Shown: one piece after another, positions 1 through 11,281 of the stretch | Position numbering within the stretch: the first letter of the stretch is position 1 | Layout of the letters: every line of letters begins with the position of its first letter | Source of the DNA: Octopus bimaculoides | Taxonomy: Eukaryota | Direction: 5' to 3' | DNA length: 64,000 nt | Assembly: GCF_001194135.2 (NCBI RefSeq) | Contig: NC_068983.1 | Location: forward strand, 35,491,333 to 35,555,332 | Translations under genes and position numbers: made by a program | The notes under the pieces: model-generated | The model's input: only the letters and a program-made list of their open reading frames with translations | Databases searched by the model: none | Told to the model about the DNA's origin: nothing

Positions 1-326
1 GACTGGCCTCCGTAGGATTTTCGAGCGAGATCGTTGCCAGTGCCTCTGGACTGGCTTGTGCGGGTGGCACATAAAAGACACCATTTCAAGCGTGGCCGTT
101 GCCAGTATCGCCTGACTGGCCTTCGTGCAGGTGACACGTAAAAGCACCTACTACACTCTCTGAGTGGTTGGCGTTAGGAAGGGCATCCAGCTGTAGAAAC
201 TCTGCCAAATTTAAATTGGAGCCTGGTGTTGTCATCTGGTTTCACCAGTCCTCTGTCAAGTCGTCCAACCCATGCTAGCATGGAAAGCAGACGTTAAACG
301 ATGATGATGATGATGATGATGATGAT
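1..326 (+). mobile_element. 3' UTR/tail of RTE-clade LINE (5' end runs off the window) ending in (GAT)n
   Basis: Same hairpin VNTR, 'gagtggttggcgttaggaagggcatccagctgtagaaac' block and 'ggacgttaaacgatgatgat' end as the RT-bearing copy at 19811-21950. Confidence 0.8.
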
Positions 327-483
327 ATATATATAGAGTGTTTGAAGTGGTGTACTGATATTGTATATTAAGAAAAGGAGGCAGTCAGAATTTTGGATAA
401 TTCTTCTTAATTAGTGCTTTCATTTGTTTAACTGAACTCTTCAAGATAAAATCAATATGTGTGTGTAAAATATTACATACATA

Positions 484-960
484 GGCATAGGTGTGGCTAT
501 GAGGTAAGAAGCTTGCTTCCCAACCACACGGTTCCAGGTTTCAGTCCTGCTGTGTGGCACCTTGGGCAAGTGTCTTCTTCTATAGCCTCGGGCTGACCAA
601 AGCCTTGTAAATGGATTCTGTAGACAGAAACTGAAAGAAGCTTGTCATACACACACAAACACACACACACATGCATACACACACATACACACACGCACAC
701 ACACACATACACACACACACACACACACATATATATATTTATAGGAGTGTGTTTGTGTCTGTATTTGTCCCCCACACCATTGCTTGACAACCAATGCTGA
801 TGTATTTATATCCACATAACTTAGCAGTTCAGCAGAAGAAACCAATAGAATAAGCACCAGGCTTACAAAGAATAAGTCTAGGGGTTGATTTCTTCGATTA
901 AAAGGTGGTGCTCCAGCATGGCCACAGTCAAATGACTGAAACAAATTAAAGAATAAAAGA
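484..960 (+). mobile_element. tRNA-derived SINE with CORE-like block and internal (CA)/(TA) microsatellite
   Basis: tRNA-like head, 'ggcaccttgggcaagtgtcttct' block, internal microsatellite and shared 3' half; second full copy at 48585-48948 and many fragments. Confidence 0.7.
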
Positions 961-1090
961 ATATGTTTATATTTATATATGTGTATGTGTGTGAATATAT
1001 ATCTTTTATCGTTTACTTGTTACAGTCATTAGACTGCAACCATACTGGAGCACTGCAAACATACATACACACATACACACACACACATAT

Positions 1091-1310
1091 ATTCTTTTAT
1101 TCTTTTACTTGTTTCGGTCATCTGACTGCAGCCATGCTGGAGCACCACCTTTAGTCAAGCAAATAGACCTCAAGACTTATTCTTTGTCAGTCTAGTACTA
1201 ATTCTATCGGTCTCTTTTGCCGAACCGCTAATTTACGAGGACATAAACACACCAGCATTGGTTGCCTAGCGATGCTGAGAGGACAAACACAGACACACAA
1301 GCATATACAC
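1091..1310 (-). mobile_element. 3' half of the same SINE family
   Basis: Reverse complement of about 760-960. Confidence 0.65.
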
Positions 1311-1325
1311 ACACACATACATACA

Positions 1326-1389
<64 letters not shown>

Positions 1390-1529
1390 AGAGTATTGTA
1401 GTTTGCTTGAAGCATTGTGTATTGTTTGTAAAGAATAAAAAGTTTTGAATGGTACAACAATGCACTATAATACAAACTGTTTGTTAAGCAATCAACAGTT
1501 TGTTAGTGTGCATTGATTGTTGTCCCTTG

Positions 1530-2645
1530 TTCGTTTCTTTGCAAGGTGTCCTCTCAGATAGGGGCCGGAGCGGGCTAATTGTATGTCGAGCCCTTCTCTT
1601 CTTATGGCTCTTCGGATGGCTGTAGTTATCCTCTCACTAAAATGAGGTATTTTAAGGAAGCATGTGTTGCTGGGTTTACTATGTGTTCAGCATGTTGGTC
1701 GTCTTGGAATGTCGAGCACTCAACATCTGCCACTCATGCGCCTTCTTCACCAGGTACATAGATGACATCCTCATACTCACATCCTCCCGTGAAGAGGCTG
1801 AAAGAATATTCACAATGTTCAATAACATGGACATGAACATACAGTTCACTATAGAACATCCCGATATCACTAGATCACTATAACAACTTGACTTCAAACT
1901 GAATATAACGGAAGAAGGGGAGATCCACACTGAGTTCTAAAGGAAAGCAGCCAGTAGAGATATGTTTGTCCAATACAATTTATCATTTCCACTCGGTGCC
2001 AAAATAAGTTACACCAGAAATGAACTTGCACACATCCAAGGCAAGTGCAGCAGAATGGAGGACAAAGTGACCCATACAACACGCTTCCTAGATATATTGA
2101 AAACCAATGGGTATCCTAGATCCATTATAAATCGGCTTAAGTATCCAAGACGACCAACGTGCTTAACACATAGAAAACCCAGCAACACATACTTCTTTAA
2201 AATACCCCATTTTAGTGAGAGGATAACTACAGCCATCTGAAGAGCCACAAGAAGAGAAGGGCTAGACATACAACTAGCCCACTCCGGCCCCTCTCTTAGA
2301 GGACACCTCGCAAAGAAACGAACAAGGGACAACAATCAGTGCACACTAACAAACTGTCCCATCCGTGACACAGATTTATGCCAATGGCTAAATGTTGTGT
2401 ATAGAATACAATGTAACAAATGCAACAAGTTCTATGTGGGTAGCACAAGACCGTTACACGTCCGCATCAAAGAACATCAGAACACAAGAGCCTCCTCCTT
2501 CAGAAAACATCTAGACAGATGCCGAAACACTGACAAAATCATAACAGTCATAATTGAGGCCAATGAAAGAAATTTGGGTAATTTAAGAATTAAGGAAGCT
2601 ATACCCATACACAGACTAGGACCCAAAATTAACAACAGGCTATAG
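1530..2645 (+). mobile_element. Penelope-like retroelement relic: RT C-terminal half plus GIY-YIG endonuclease
   Basis: ORFs 1662, 1962 and 2397 share one frame broken by stops. RYIDDIL is the RT motif; VYRIQCNKCNKFYVGST-RPLHVRIKEH...LRIKEAI..H.LGPKINNR is a GIY-YIG with the Penelope CCHH pattern. Confidence 0.9.
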
Positions 2646-2936
2646 GTTGGTAATCAATATATTACTTAGCTACATCAGGATGCGTGTAGGTTCATTTTTG
2701 ACATTATGCTCATCTATTGCTTATAACAAAAAAAATAAAGAGAAGAGAGAAAAAAGAAGGGAAAAAATGAAGCTGCACATATAATACATAACTTAGAAGC
2801 AGCGCTACAGATGTACCAGCACACACGAGATTGAGAAGGATAAACAATCCGGGTCAAGGAAGATGGGTTACCTCCCTTAGACCAGTTCAGTTGACAGTCT
2901 GTACGAGGATAAATCAGCAAGTGGAGAACTCCACTC

Positions 2937-3940
2937 GGCATAACTACAGGATTTTACCCCCCAGACTTTGGGAGGTCATAACTTTCAGAAAAATGAATAT
3001 TTTTTAATGAAATTTTCTATGCATATAGTATTTACTATGTAGAATCCGAATATGTTTTGGAATGGGGGTGGGGGACAATTTTCGGAAATTCCAACAGAGT
3101 CCACTTAAATTCTTCTTAATTTCCAGGAAAATTAATATTTTTTCGTGAAATTTTATACCTTGATGTATGTACATTTCGAGCATGTAGGAATTTTGAAGGA
3201 GACAACTGCAGGTTAATTTTGAGAAGCGTTCCCCACTCGGTGGTGTTTCGGAGCAAGTCGTCCATATTTGNNNNNNNNNNNNNNNNNNNNNNNNNNNNNN
3301 NNNNNNNNNNNNNNNNNNNNNNNNNNNNNNNNNNNNNNNNNNNNNNNNNNNNNNNNNNNNNNNNNNNNNNNNNNNNNNNNNNNNNNNNNNNNNNNNNNNN
3401 NNNNNNNNNNNNNNNNNNNNNNNNNNNNNNNNNNNNNNNNNNNNNNNNNNNNNNNNNNNNNNNNNNNNNNNNNNNNNNNNNNNNNNNNNNNNNNNNNNNN
3501 NNNNNNNNNNAATAACATGCAGTAAATTCCAAAGTAAACGTTTCTAGTAGAGAAGTAGAAGAGAACAGGAGCAAAAATAGGAATATACACGCACGGTTAA
3601 ATATAGAAACTATCACAGTGTCGCTTCCCGAAGAATTTTAAAATGTTAGCTTTCCGAAACTTTTTTTTTCAGTCTTGCAAAAACACGAAGATTAAGAATA
3701 AACAGAAAAAGTACACAAATATATTTTACATAGTTGTCGTATACGTCGGTTTTGTTTTCACATAAGATCAATGAAGAACACAAACACGTACTGAAACAGT
3801 GACTAAATTTATGTTGTATTTGTATATTCGGATTCTACATAGTAAATACTATATGCATAGAAAATTTCATTAAAAAATATTCATTTTTCTGAAAGTTATG
3901 ACCTCCCAAAGTCTAAGGGGTAAAACCCTGTAGTTATGCC
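2937..3940. mobile_element. Non-autonomous DNA transposon with about 115-bp TIRs, GG...CC termini and 8-bp TSD (Merlin- or MULE-like)
   Basis: Left end ggcataactacagg..., right end ...cctgtagttatgcc; direct repeat ctccactc at 2929-2936 and 3941-3948. Confidence 0.85.
3271..3510. other. Assembly gap
   Basis: Run of N. Confidence 1.
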
Positions 3941-4310
3941 CTCCACTCTTAGGTTGCATGGACTTTTCCAGATCTAATCAATGAATGAGGAATCGCATGC
4001 TTGCAGCATGTAGCGTTTGAAATGAAGGCTGGGGATATAAATCTCATACCAGAAATATAATAATCTTGGTTCCAGGGAGTCTTTGAGGATCCTTGGATTC
4101 TTGCTCTCTCAGCTATGCAAGGCTTGCAGCATCTGTTCCCATTGATATAAGATATGTGTGTGTGTGTGTATATACACACACATACGCACGCGAACACACA
4201 CACACACACACACACACACATAAATTTTATATTTTATTTTTTTATTTTATCTAGTTTCAGCTCACAAGCTGTGGCCATGCTAGGGCACCGCCATTATGTG
4301 TGTGTGTGTA

Positions 4311-4596
4311 TCATCATCATCATCATCATCGTTTAACGTCCGCTTTCCATGCTAGCATGGGTTGGACGATTTGACTGAGGACTGGTGAAACCGGATGGCA
4401 ACACCAGGCTCCAGTCTGATTTGGCAGAGTTTCTACAGCTAGATGCCCTTCCTAACGCCAACCACTCAGAGAGTGTAGTGGGTGCTTTTACGTATCACCC
4501 GCACGAAAACGGCCACGCTCGAAATGGTGTCTTTTATGTGCCACCCGCACAAGCCAGTCCAGGGGCACTGGCAACGATCTCGCTCGAAAATCCTAC
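4311..4596 (-). mobile_element. RTE LINE 3' tail, truncated by gap
   Basis: (CAT)n then cgtttaacgtccgctttccatgctagc; nearly identical to 18530-18848. Confidence 0.8.
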
Positions 4597-5595
4597 NNNN
4601 NNNNNNNNNNNNNNNNNNNNNNNNNNNNNNNNNNNNNNNNNNNNNNNNNNNNNNNNNNNNNNNNNNNNNNNNNNNNNNNNNNNNNNNNNNNNNNNNNNNN
4701 NNNNNNNNNNNNNNNNNNNNNNNNNNNNNNNNNNNNNNNNNNNNNNNNNNNNNNNNNNNNNNNNNNNNNNNNNNNNNNNNNNNNNNNNNNNNNNNNNNNN
4801 NNNNNNNNNNNNNNNNNNNNNNNNNNNNNNNNNNNNNNNNNNNNNNNNNNNNNNNNNNNNNNNNNNNNNNNNNNNNNNNNNNNNNNNNNNNNNNNNNNNN
4901 NNNNNNNNNNNNNNNNNNNNNNNNNNNNNNNNNNNNNNNNNNNNNNNNNNNNNNNNNNNNNNNNNNNNNNNNNNNNNNNNNNNNNNNNNNNNNNNNNNNN
5001 NNNNNNNNNNNNNNNNNNNNNNNNNNNNNNNNNNNNNNNNNNNNNNNNNNNNNNNNNNNNNNNNNNNNNNNNNNNNNNNNNNNNNNNNNNNNNNNNNNNN
5101 NNNNNNNNNNNNNNNNNNNNNNNNNNNNNNNNNNNNNNNNNNNNNNNNNNNNNNNNNNNNNNNNNNNNNNNNNNNNNNNNNNNNNNNNNNNNNNNNNNNN
5201 NNNNNNNNNNNNNNNNNNNNNNNNNNNNNNNNNNNNNNNNNNNNNNNNNNNNNNNNNNNNNNNNNNNNNNNNNNNNNNNNNNNNNNNNNNNNNNNNNNNN
5301 NNNNNNNNNNNNNNNNNNNNNNNNNNNNNNNNNNNNNNNNNNNNNNNNNNNNNNNNNNNNNNNNNNNNNNNNNNNNNNNNNNNNNNNNNNNNNNNNNNNN
5401 NNNNNNNNNNNNNNNNNNNNNNNNNNNNNNNNNNNNNNNNNNNNNNNNNNNNNNNNNNNNNNNNNNNNNNNNNNNNNNNNNNNNNNNNNNNNNNNNNNNN
5501 NNNNNNNNNNNNNNNNNNNNNNNNNNNNNNNNNNNNNNNNNNNNNNNNNNNNNNNNNNNNNNNNNNNNNNNNNNNNNNNNNNNNNNNNNNNNNNN
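4597..5595. other. Assembly gap
   Basis: Run of N. Confidence 1.
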
Positions 5596-5596
5596 G

Positions 5597-5627
<31 letters not shown>

Positions 5628-6865
5628 GTGTGTGTGTGTGTACTGAGATGGAACTTAGGACCTGTATTTTTCTTCAATGATATTTGACTTTGTGTCTCAG
5701 AAGTAGTCCTGAATTGTACTCAACCTAGAAATACAATGTATGTAGAAATAGAATTTGTTAAGGGATTCATCAGAGAATAGGTAGATAAAAGGATAATTTA
5801 GAACAAAAAATACTGAAAAAACCCTGTAGACACAAAAAAAATCAAAGGCAACTTCTGACTTTTTCTATCCAAAAGGCTTTTTAACCTAATACTTACATGC
5901 TGTCATTTATAGCTTTATCTACTTCAAGTTCAATCATTAAAAACAAATTATTTCACATTTTCTTTAAGATTTTTACTTTGTATCATCATCATTTAACATA
6001 CATTTTCCATACTGGCATGGGTTAGACAGTTTGACTGCACCAGGCTCCAATCATCTATTTTGGCTTAGTTTCTATGGCTGGATGCCCTTCCTAATGCCAA
6101 CCACTTCACAGAGTGTACTGGGTGTCTTTTCCATGTCACTGGCACTGGTCACAACACAATTCACTTAGCTTGATTGATCTAATTTATGACTTTAAATATA
6201 AGTCAATCATTTGAAAATCTCAAACTGCTGAAAATTTAATGTCTACTTGTTTGAGATAACTTACTGCTAATAAGATATTTCCTTTTCCTTAATTAGTGAT
6301 CTCATATTTAGAGACAAAAATATATTTTGCTGTATTTACACCCACACTATATTTCAATAGGTTTTATCACCAATCACTATCTAATGTTTTGTTCTTGAAT
6401 TTACACAGCACCAGAGTGGATTTGGGTTAGGAAGCTTTATTTATAAACTATGAAAATAATAATATTTTTAGAATGTACCTTCACTGGTGACCAAATGTAC
6501 AAGAATATTATTATTCTTAGGTTAGAAATAATGTTTCCTGAGTCAAATCTAGTCTGGGTCTTTGTACATATCCAGGAAAATTGATGATAATAAGATATCA
6601 AACTGATTGAAACAGTATTGTCTTTTTGTATTTCATTCTGTGTACTGTGCATACATTTTTGGCAAGCATTGTTGTCTTTCTTTACTTAATTTATTGTTGC
6701 TTTCTGTTCCTCCTTTTTACCCTATTCCAATCAACTGTAGTGCACTTAAGCAATACATACAATAAACTTGTTAACATCTCTAATGATGAAGTTGATAATC
6801 AGGAAAATTACCGTCTAATTCTCAAGTATCTTTCAATTACTAACTTGACTGTTATTATTATTCAG

Positions 6866-7158
6866 GAAAACCTGTTGATGACCCAGATCACATCGATTAT
6901 GTTCCAACAGTATTCAAAACAACATCACAAATGGCATCACATCCCAAAAAACGGAAGAAATTACCCGATTCTTACAGATCTATCAAAAAGTTTCATCACA
7001 ATATGGAAGCTGCTTATGAAGCTGCAGAAGCTCTTATAACTCTGGCAAAAACACAGAATACCCAAACATCTTTGAACTCTGCAAGTGACAATACAACCCC
7101 AGTCAATTCTATTGAAAATCTTCCTTCAAACACATCAAATTTTTCTGATAGCAAATAG
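6866..7158 (+). CDS. Probable terminal exon of a THAP zinc-finger protein (upstream exons not found)
   Basis: Acceptor ttattattattcag|GA, then (G)KPVDDPDHIDYVPTVF matching the THAP C-terminal G.P..D..H.DYVP.IF motif, a basic stretch PKKRKK, EAAEALITLA and a stop at 7156-7158; 96 open codons. Confidence 0.6.
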
Positions 7159-7400
7159 CTATGTCTACTCAACAATCCTCTACAACAAAAATGCAGCTCT
7201 TAACAAACTACATTTGTTTCATTATTATTATTATTTTTTAATTGTAAAATATTCCATGATTAAAGTCACTTCCTTTGAACTCTATCATTGTAAATACTCA
7301 TAGACTAATCCCTTTCTTCGAAATTACTGGCCTTGTGTTTTATTATTATCATAATCATTGTTATTTACAATGGACAGACAGGTGTCCTCACCTTGTTGTT

Positions 7401-7446
7401 ACCACAATGTTTCAGCTGATGTACTCTCCAGCCTTCATCAGGTGTT
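7401..7446 (-). ncRNA. Minimal hammerhead-ribozyme-like motif (family 1)
   Basis: aacac-CTGATGA-aggctg...cagct-GAAA-ca-tt-gtggt on the minus strand. Confidence 0.5.
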
Positions 7447-7786
7447 CTGGTGGAATTTTGAACCCAACCCTTTATTTGATAAATGGGACACTCTGTTCTC
7501 ATTCCTAAGATATTCTTTTCTCGCTGATGTTATTTTTTCTGTTGGTATTATTTCCCAAGCCCCTGGGATTGAACTCAGAATCCGAGGGTTAGTAGCCCGT
7601 ACAAGCATATAACATAGTGGATAAGAGCAAGGGCTACTAACCCTCGGATTCTAAGTTCAATCCCAGGCAGGAACTTGGGAAATAATATCAACAGAAAAAA
7701 ATAACACCAGCAAAAAAGAATACCTTAGGAATGAGAGCAGTGTACCCCATTATTCAAATAAAGGGTCGGGTTCAAAATCCCACCAG

Positions 7787-7832
7787 AACACCTGATGAAG
7801 GCTGGAGAGTACATCAGCTGAAACATTGTCGT
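7787..7832 (+). ncRNA. Minimal hammerhead-ribozyme-like motif (family 1), degenerate stem I
   Basis: aacac-CTGATGA-aggctg...cagct-GAAA-ca-tt-gtcgt. Confidence 0.45.
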
Positions 7833-7928
7833 AACAACAAGGTGAGGACACCTGTCCATCCATGATAAATAATGTACATAATTCCTCATCTCAAAAATAT
7901 AGAATGGTATCATCATCATTATTATTAA

Positions 7929-9100
7929 AGTGGGGAGCTGACATGATCATTAGTGCATCACATAAAATGCTTTATCGTATTTCTTTCAGCCCTTTACATT
8001 CTGAGTTCAACTTTACTTTTATCCTTTTAGGGCCAATAAAATAGGTTCAAGTTGAGCACTGGGGTCAGTGTAATTGACTAACTCCCTTCCCATAAAATTT
8101 CAGGTCTTGTTAATAAAAAGAATTATTATTATTATTAAGGCAGTGAGCTGGCAGAATCATTAGCACACTGGGTGAAATGCTTAGCAGCATTTCATCTGTC
8201 TTTACATTCTGAGTTCAAATTCCTCCAAGGTCAACTTTGTCTTTCATCCTTTCGGTGTCAATTAAGTACCAGTGAAATACTGGGGGTCGATGTAATCGAC
8301 TAATCCCCCTCCCACCAAATTCAGGCCATGTGCCTTTAGTAGAAAGGATTATTATTATTATAATTATAATATTATGTCGGTGAGCTGGCAGAATTGTTAG
8401 CACGCCAGGCAAAATGCTTAGCAGTATTTCATCTGTTGCTACATTCTAAGTTCGAATTCCGCCAAGGTTGACTTTGCCTTTCATCCTTTCGGAGTTGATT
8501 AAATAGGTATAAGTTATGCGCTGGGGTCGATGTAATCGACTTAATCCCATCCCCAAAATTTGAGGCCTTGTGCTTCTAGTAGAAAGGATTATTATTATTA
8601 TTATGGTGACGAGCTGGCAGAATCATTAGCACACCGGGCAAAATGCTGAGCAACATTTCGTCTGTTCTTATGTTCTGAGTTCAAATTTCGCCAAGGTCAA
8701 CTTTGCCTTTCATCTTTTCAGGGTTGATAAATTACGTACCAGTTGCATGCTACAGTTAATCTAATCAACTGGCCCCCAAAATTTCAGGCTTTGTGCCTAT
8801 AATAGAAAGGATGATTATTATTATTATTAAGGCAGTAAGCTGGCAGAATTGATAGCACATCAGGCAAAATGCTAAGCAGCATTTTGCCTGTCTTTACATT
8901 CTGAGTTCAAATTCTGGACAAGTTGATACAGTTGACTTGCTGGCCTTGTGCCAAAATTTGAAACCAATATCATCATGATGAGAAGGGCAATGGGTAATGG
9001 AATTAGTAGAACATCAAACAAGATGTTTGGAGCAATTATATTTTTAGATTCTGAGCTCAAATCCCACCAGAGTAAACCTTGTCTTTCACCCTTCAAGAAG
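7929..9100 (+). mobile_element. Head-to-tail array of 5-6 tRNA-derived SINE copies joined by (ATT)n
   Basis: Units of about 225 bp start near 7929, 8137, 8376, 8605 and 8829, with a remnant near 9015. Each has gagctggcagaa...gagttcaaattc...gtcgactttgcctttcatcctttc. Confidence 0.85.
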
Positions 9101-9659
9101 TTAAAATAAATAGCAACTAAAAACCAAAATCAATTCAGTCAATGACGATCTTCACCAAAATGCATAACACTATGTCCATACTATAAATCATTGAATACCT
9201 GAATGAAACTACATTTGTATTAGAACTCTACCGCAAAGTAATTTTTAATGGAAAAGCTACTTTATTTTGTGTTCCAGTTTTACTAACCAAAGTTTTTACA
9301 ATTGTTTGAGATCCACTCATTACGTGGGTAGAAGAAAAGTTTTTCCTTCTTTAGATTTTTTTAATGCTTATGTATTTTTAGCAAATAGTCCTTTGTAATA
9401 TTTACATGAATTGTAAAATGGAAAACATGTTACTGTTATGGAACACTGTCATGAGAGTGGCCGTAGCAGTAACTTCTACAATGTAAACAGCCTTCAAATT
9501 ATTTTCAAATGGTAAAACAGAATTTAATAAAAAAAAGAGAACAATGAAAATTAAAAAAATAAAAGATATCAAACAGAGTAAGTTTAAACTGTCATACAAT
9601 GGAGGGGGACACAAAAAAAAAAATTAATATTGTGGGAACCATTAATTTGAATAGAAATA

Positions 9660-9945
9660 ATAAAACAGCAAGAACACCAACAACACAAACATTATTTACA
9701 ATTGATGGATATTTGTCCTCATCTTGTTTGTTGTTAACACAATGTTTCAGCTGATATACCCTCCAGCCTTCATCAGGTGTCTTGGGGGAATTTCGAACCT
9801 GGGTTCTCATTCCTAAGGTATTTTTCGATGTTGTTATTATTATTATCATTCAGGTCACTGCCTGGAATTGAACTCGGAATCTTGGGGTTAGTAGCCCACA
9901 CTCTTAACCACTACACTATATGGCGTAGTGGTTAAGAGCTACTAA
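9660..9945 (-). mobile_element. tRNA-head/hammerhead element (family 1) with a short inverted second head
   Basis: Minus strand: A-box tagtgtagtgg, B-box gagttcaattcc, hammerhead core at 9736-9781. Plus-strand head tggcgtagtggttaagag at 9921-9938. Confidence 0.7.
9736..9781 (-). ncRNA. Minimal hammerhead-ribozyme-like motif (family 1), best-preserved copy
   Basis: gacac-CTGATGA-aggctg(gagggtatat)cagct-GAAA-ca-tt-gtgtt; stem I gacac/gtgtt pairs over 5 bp. Confidence 0.55.
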
Positions 9946-11185
9946 CAACATTCCATCTTTTGTGTTGAGAGTCAAAATGAGTGACATGGACCAGCTGAGG
10001 AAAAAGGACAATGAATGAATGAGATGTGTTACCAAAGACAATACATTCTTGCCTGACAATTTTATCCAGAAAGGAGTGAGGATGAAGGTGATGTACTACT
10101 ATTTTTTATTAAAATAAAGAGAGTTCATGCATGCCCTTAGAAGGCCTGGTTAATGTGTATTCCACCAACTGGGGCAAAGCATAGAGAAGCATGTGTCCAG
10201 CCTTTAAGACTGAGAATCAGGAAAGAAGAGATAGAGCAGGTGCATCATGTACCTGGTCTCATCATACATGGATCTCAGGGATCATAGCCAGAGATATAGG
10301 GTTTGATGTTGACTTTTGGCTCATCATCATATTGGTACATTACAAAAATGTGGCGAGTATGGATTACCAATACTTTGTATCAATCTCCAGATACTGATGA
10401 CTATAAGGCTATACTTTATAGTGGGAATGGGTCAGTACAGAAGAGGAAAAGCAAAAGGAAAAAGAAGTGGCAGAGATAATAGCAATAAAAATAGCAGATC
10501 CCAGAATTAAAGATTACAGCTGTTGCTATTTTGTTTCCAGAGTACTGCCTGTCATCTTGGCAACCTAAAGAAAGTCATATCCAACTTGAATTTCAATAAA
10601 GCAGAATGGAAATCAATCCACAAATTTAATGTCCATCTTCCATGCCAGTCATCATCATCATCATCATCATTTAACGTCCGTTTTCCATGTTGGCATGGGT
10701 TGGATGGTTTGACCGAAAGCTGGTAAGCCATGGAGCTGCAGCAGGTTCCAATCTGATTTGGCATGGTTTCTATAGCTGGATGCCCTACCTAATGCCAACC
10801 ACTCCAAAAGCACTCACATCAGAACACACTAGCTTAACTGGTCAAAACTTCAAAGTCACTGTCAACAATATTCTTGTTAAAGAATGAAAAATTTGTACTC
10901 TACAAAAGTATAAAGTAACCATCAGATTAATGTAAAATTGTTTTTATTATAACTGAGCATAAAAACACACACACCCATGCAAATATAAAACGAACAAAAA
11001 TATTTCATTAAACAATCTTTTTATTTACTCCTATTTTTATATATCACAGTTATGAAAACATCACAAAATCAAATTTATTAAAAGGAAAAAGAAACTTAAC
11101 CAACTCCTCAGCCAGATCATTAAAATCACAATTTTTTTCATGTTAATCAGTTTCTGTAAAATGTGCTGAAATAAGCTGACATCCA

Positions 11186-11281
11186 TTAACTTTTACCAGG
11201 TCCAGGTTTCTCTTTCTTGTATTTTTCTAATTCTACTTTGATTTTTTCATACAAATCCATTGGCCCAGGAATTTTTGGTAA
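11186..11281 (-). CDS. STMP1: STMP1-like microprotein, last coding exon (LPKIPGPMDLYEKIKVELEKYKKEKPGPGKS*)
   Basis: Strong acceptor ttttttttacacttag, phase 0, TAA at 11186-11188; fits the family C-terminal lysine-rich helix. Confidence 0.8.
   Translation of the reverse strand, partial: LPKIPGPMDLYEKIKVELEKYKKEKPGPGKS

Larger units (their letters stand above)
7361..7871. repeat. Long inverted repeat (about 240-bp arms, 32-bp spacer) made of two head-to-head copies of a tRNA-head/hammerhead element
   Basis: 7361-7598 is the reverse complement of 7631-7871 with scattered mismatches. Confidence 0.9.

Noticed and set aside
497-1475. ORFs rich in CVCV, YIYI or HTHT
   Set aside because: These are translations of (CA)n, (TA)n and (GT)n microsatellites inside SINEs, with no protein signal.
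4015-4060. Possible fourth hammerhead (gaaatga-aggctgg...ccag-aaatat) downstream of the Penelope relic
   Set aside because: The core lacks CTGA and stem I cannot be drawn; too degenerate to call.
6626-7039. 137-aa ORF overlapping the THAP exon in another frame
   Set aside because: It has low-complexity intron-like composition and no motif; the THAP frame explains the region better.
10529-10564. Possible STMP1 last exon VAKMTGSTLETK*
   Set aside because: The exon at 11186-11281 fits the family far better and comes first.
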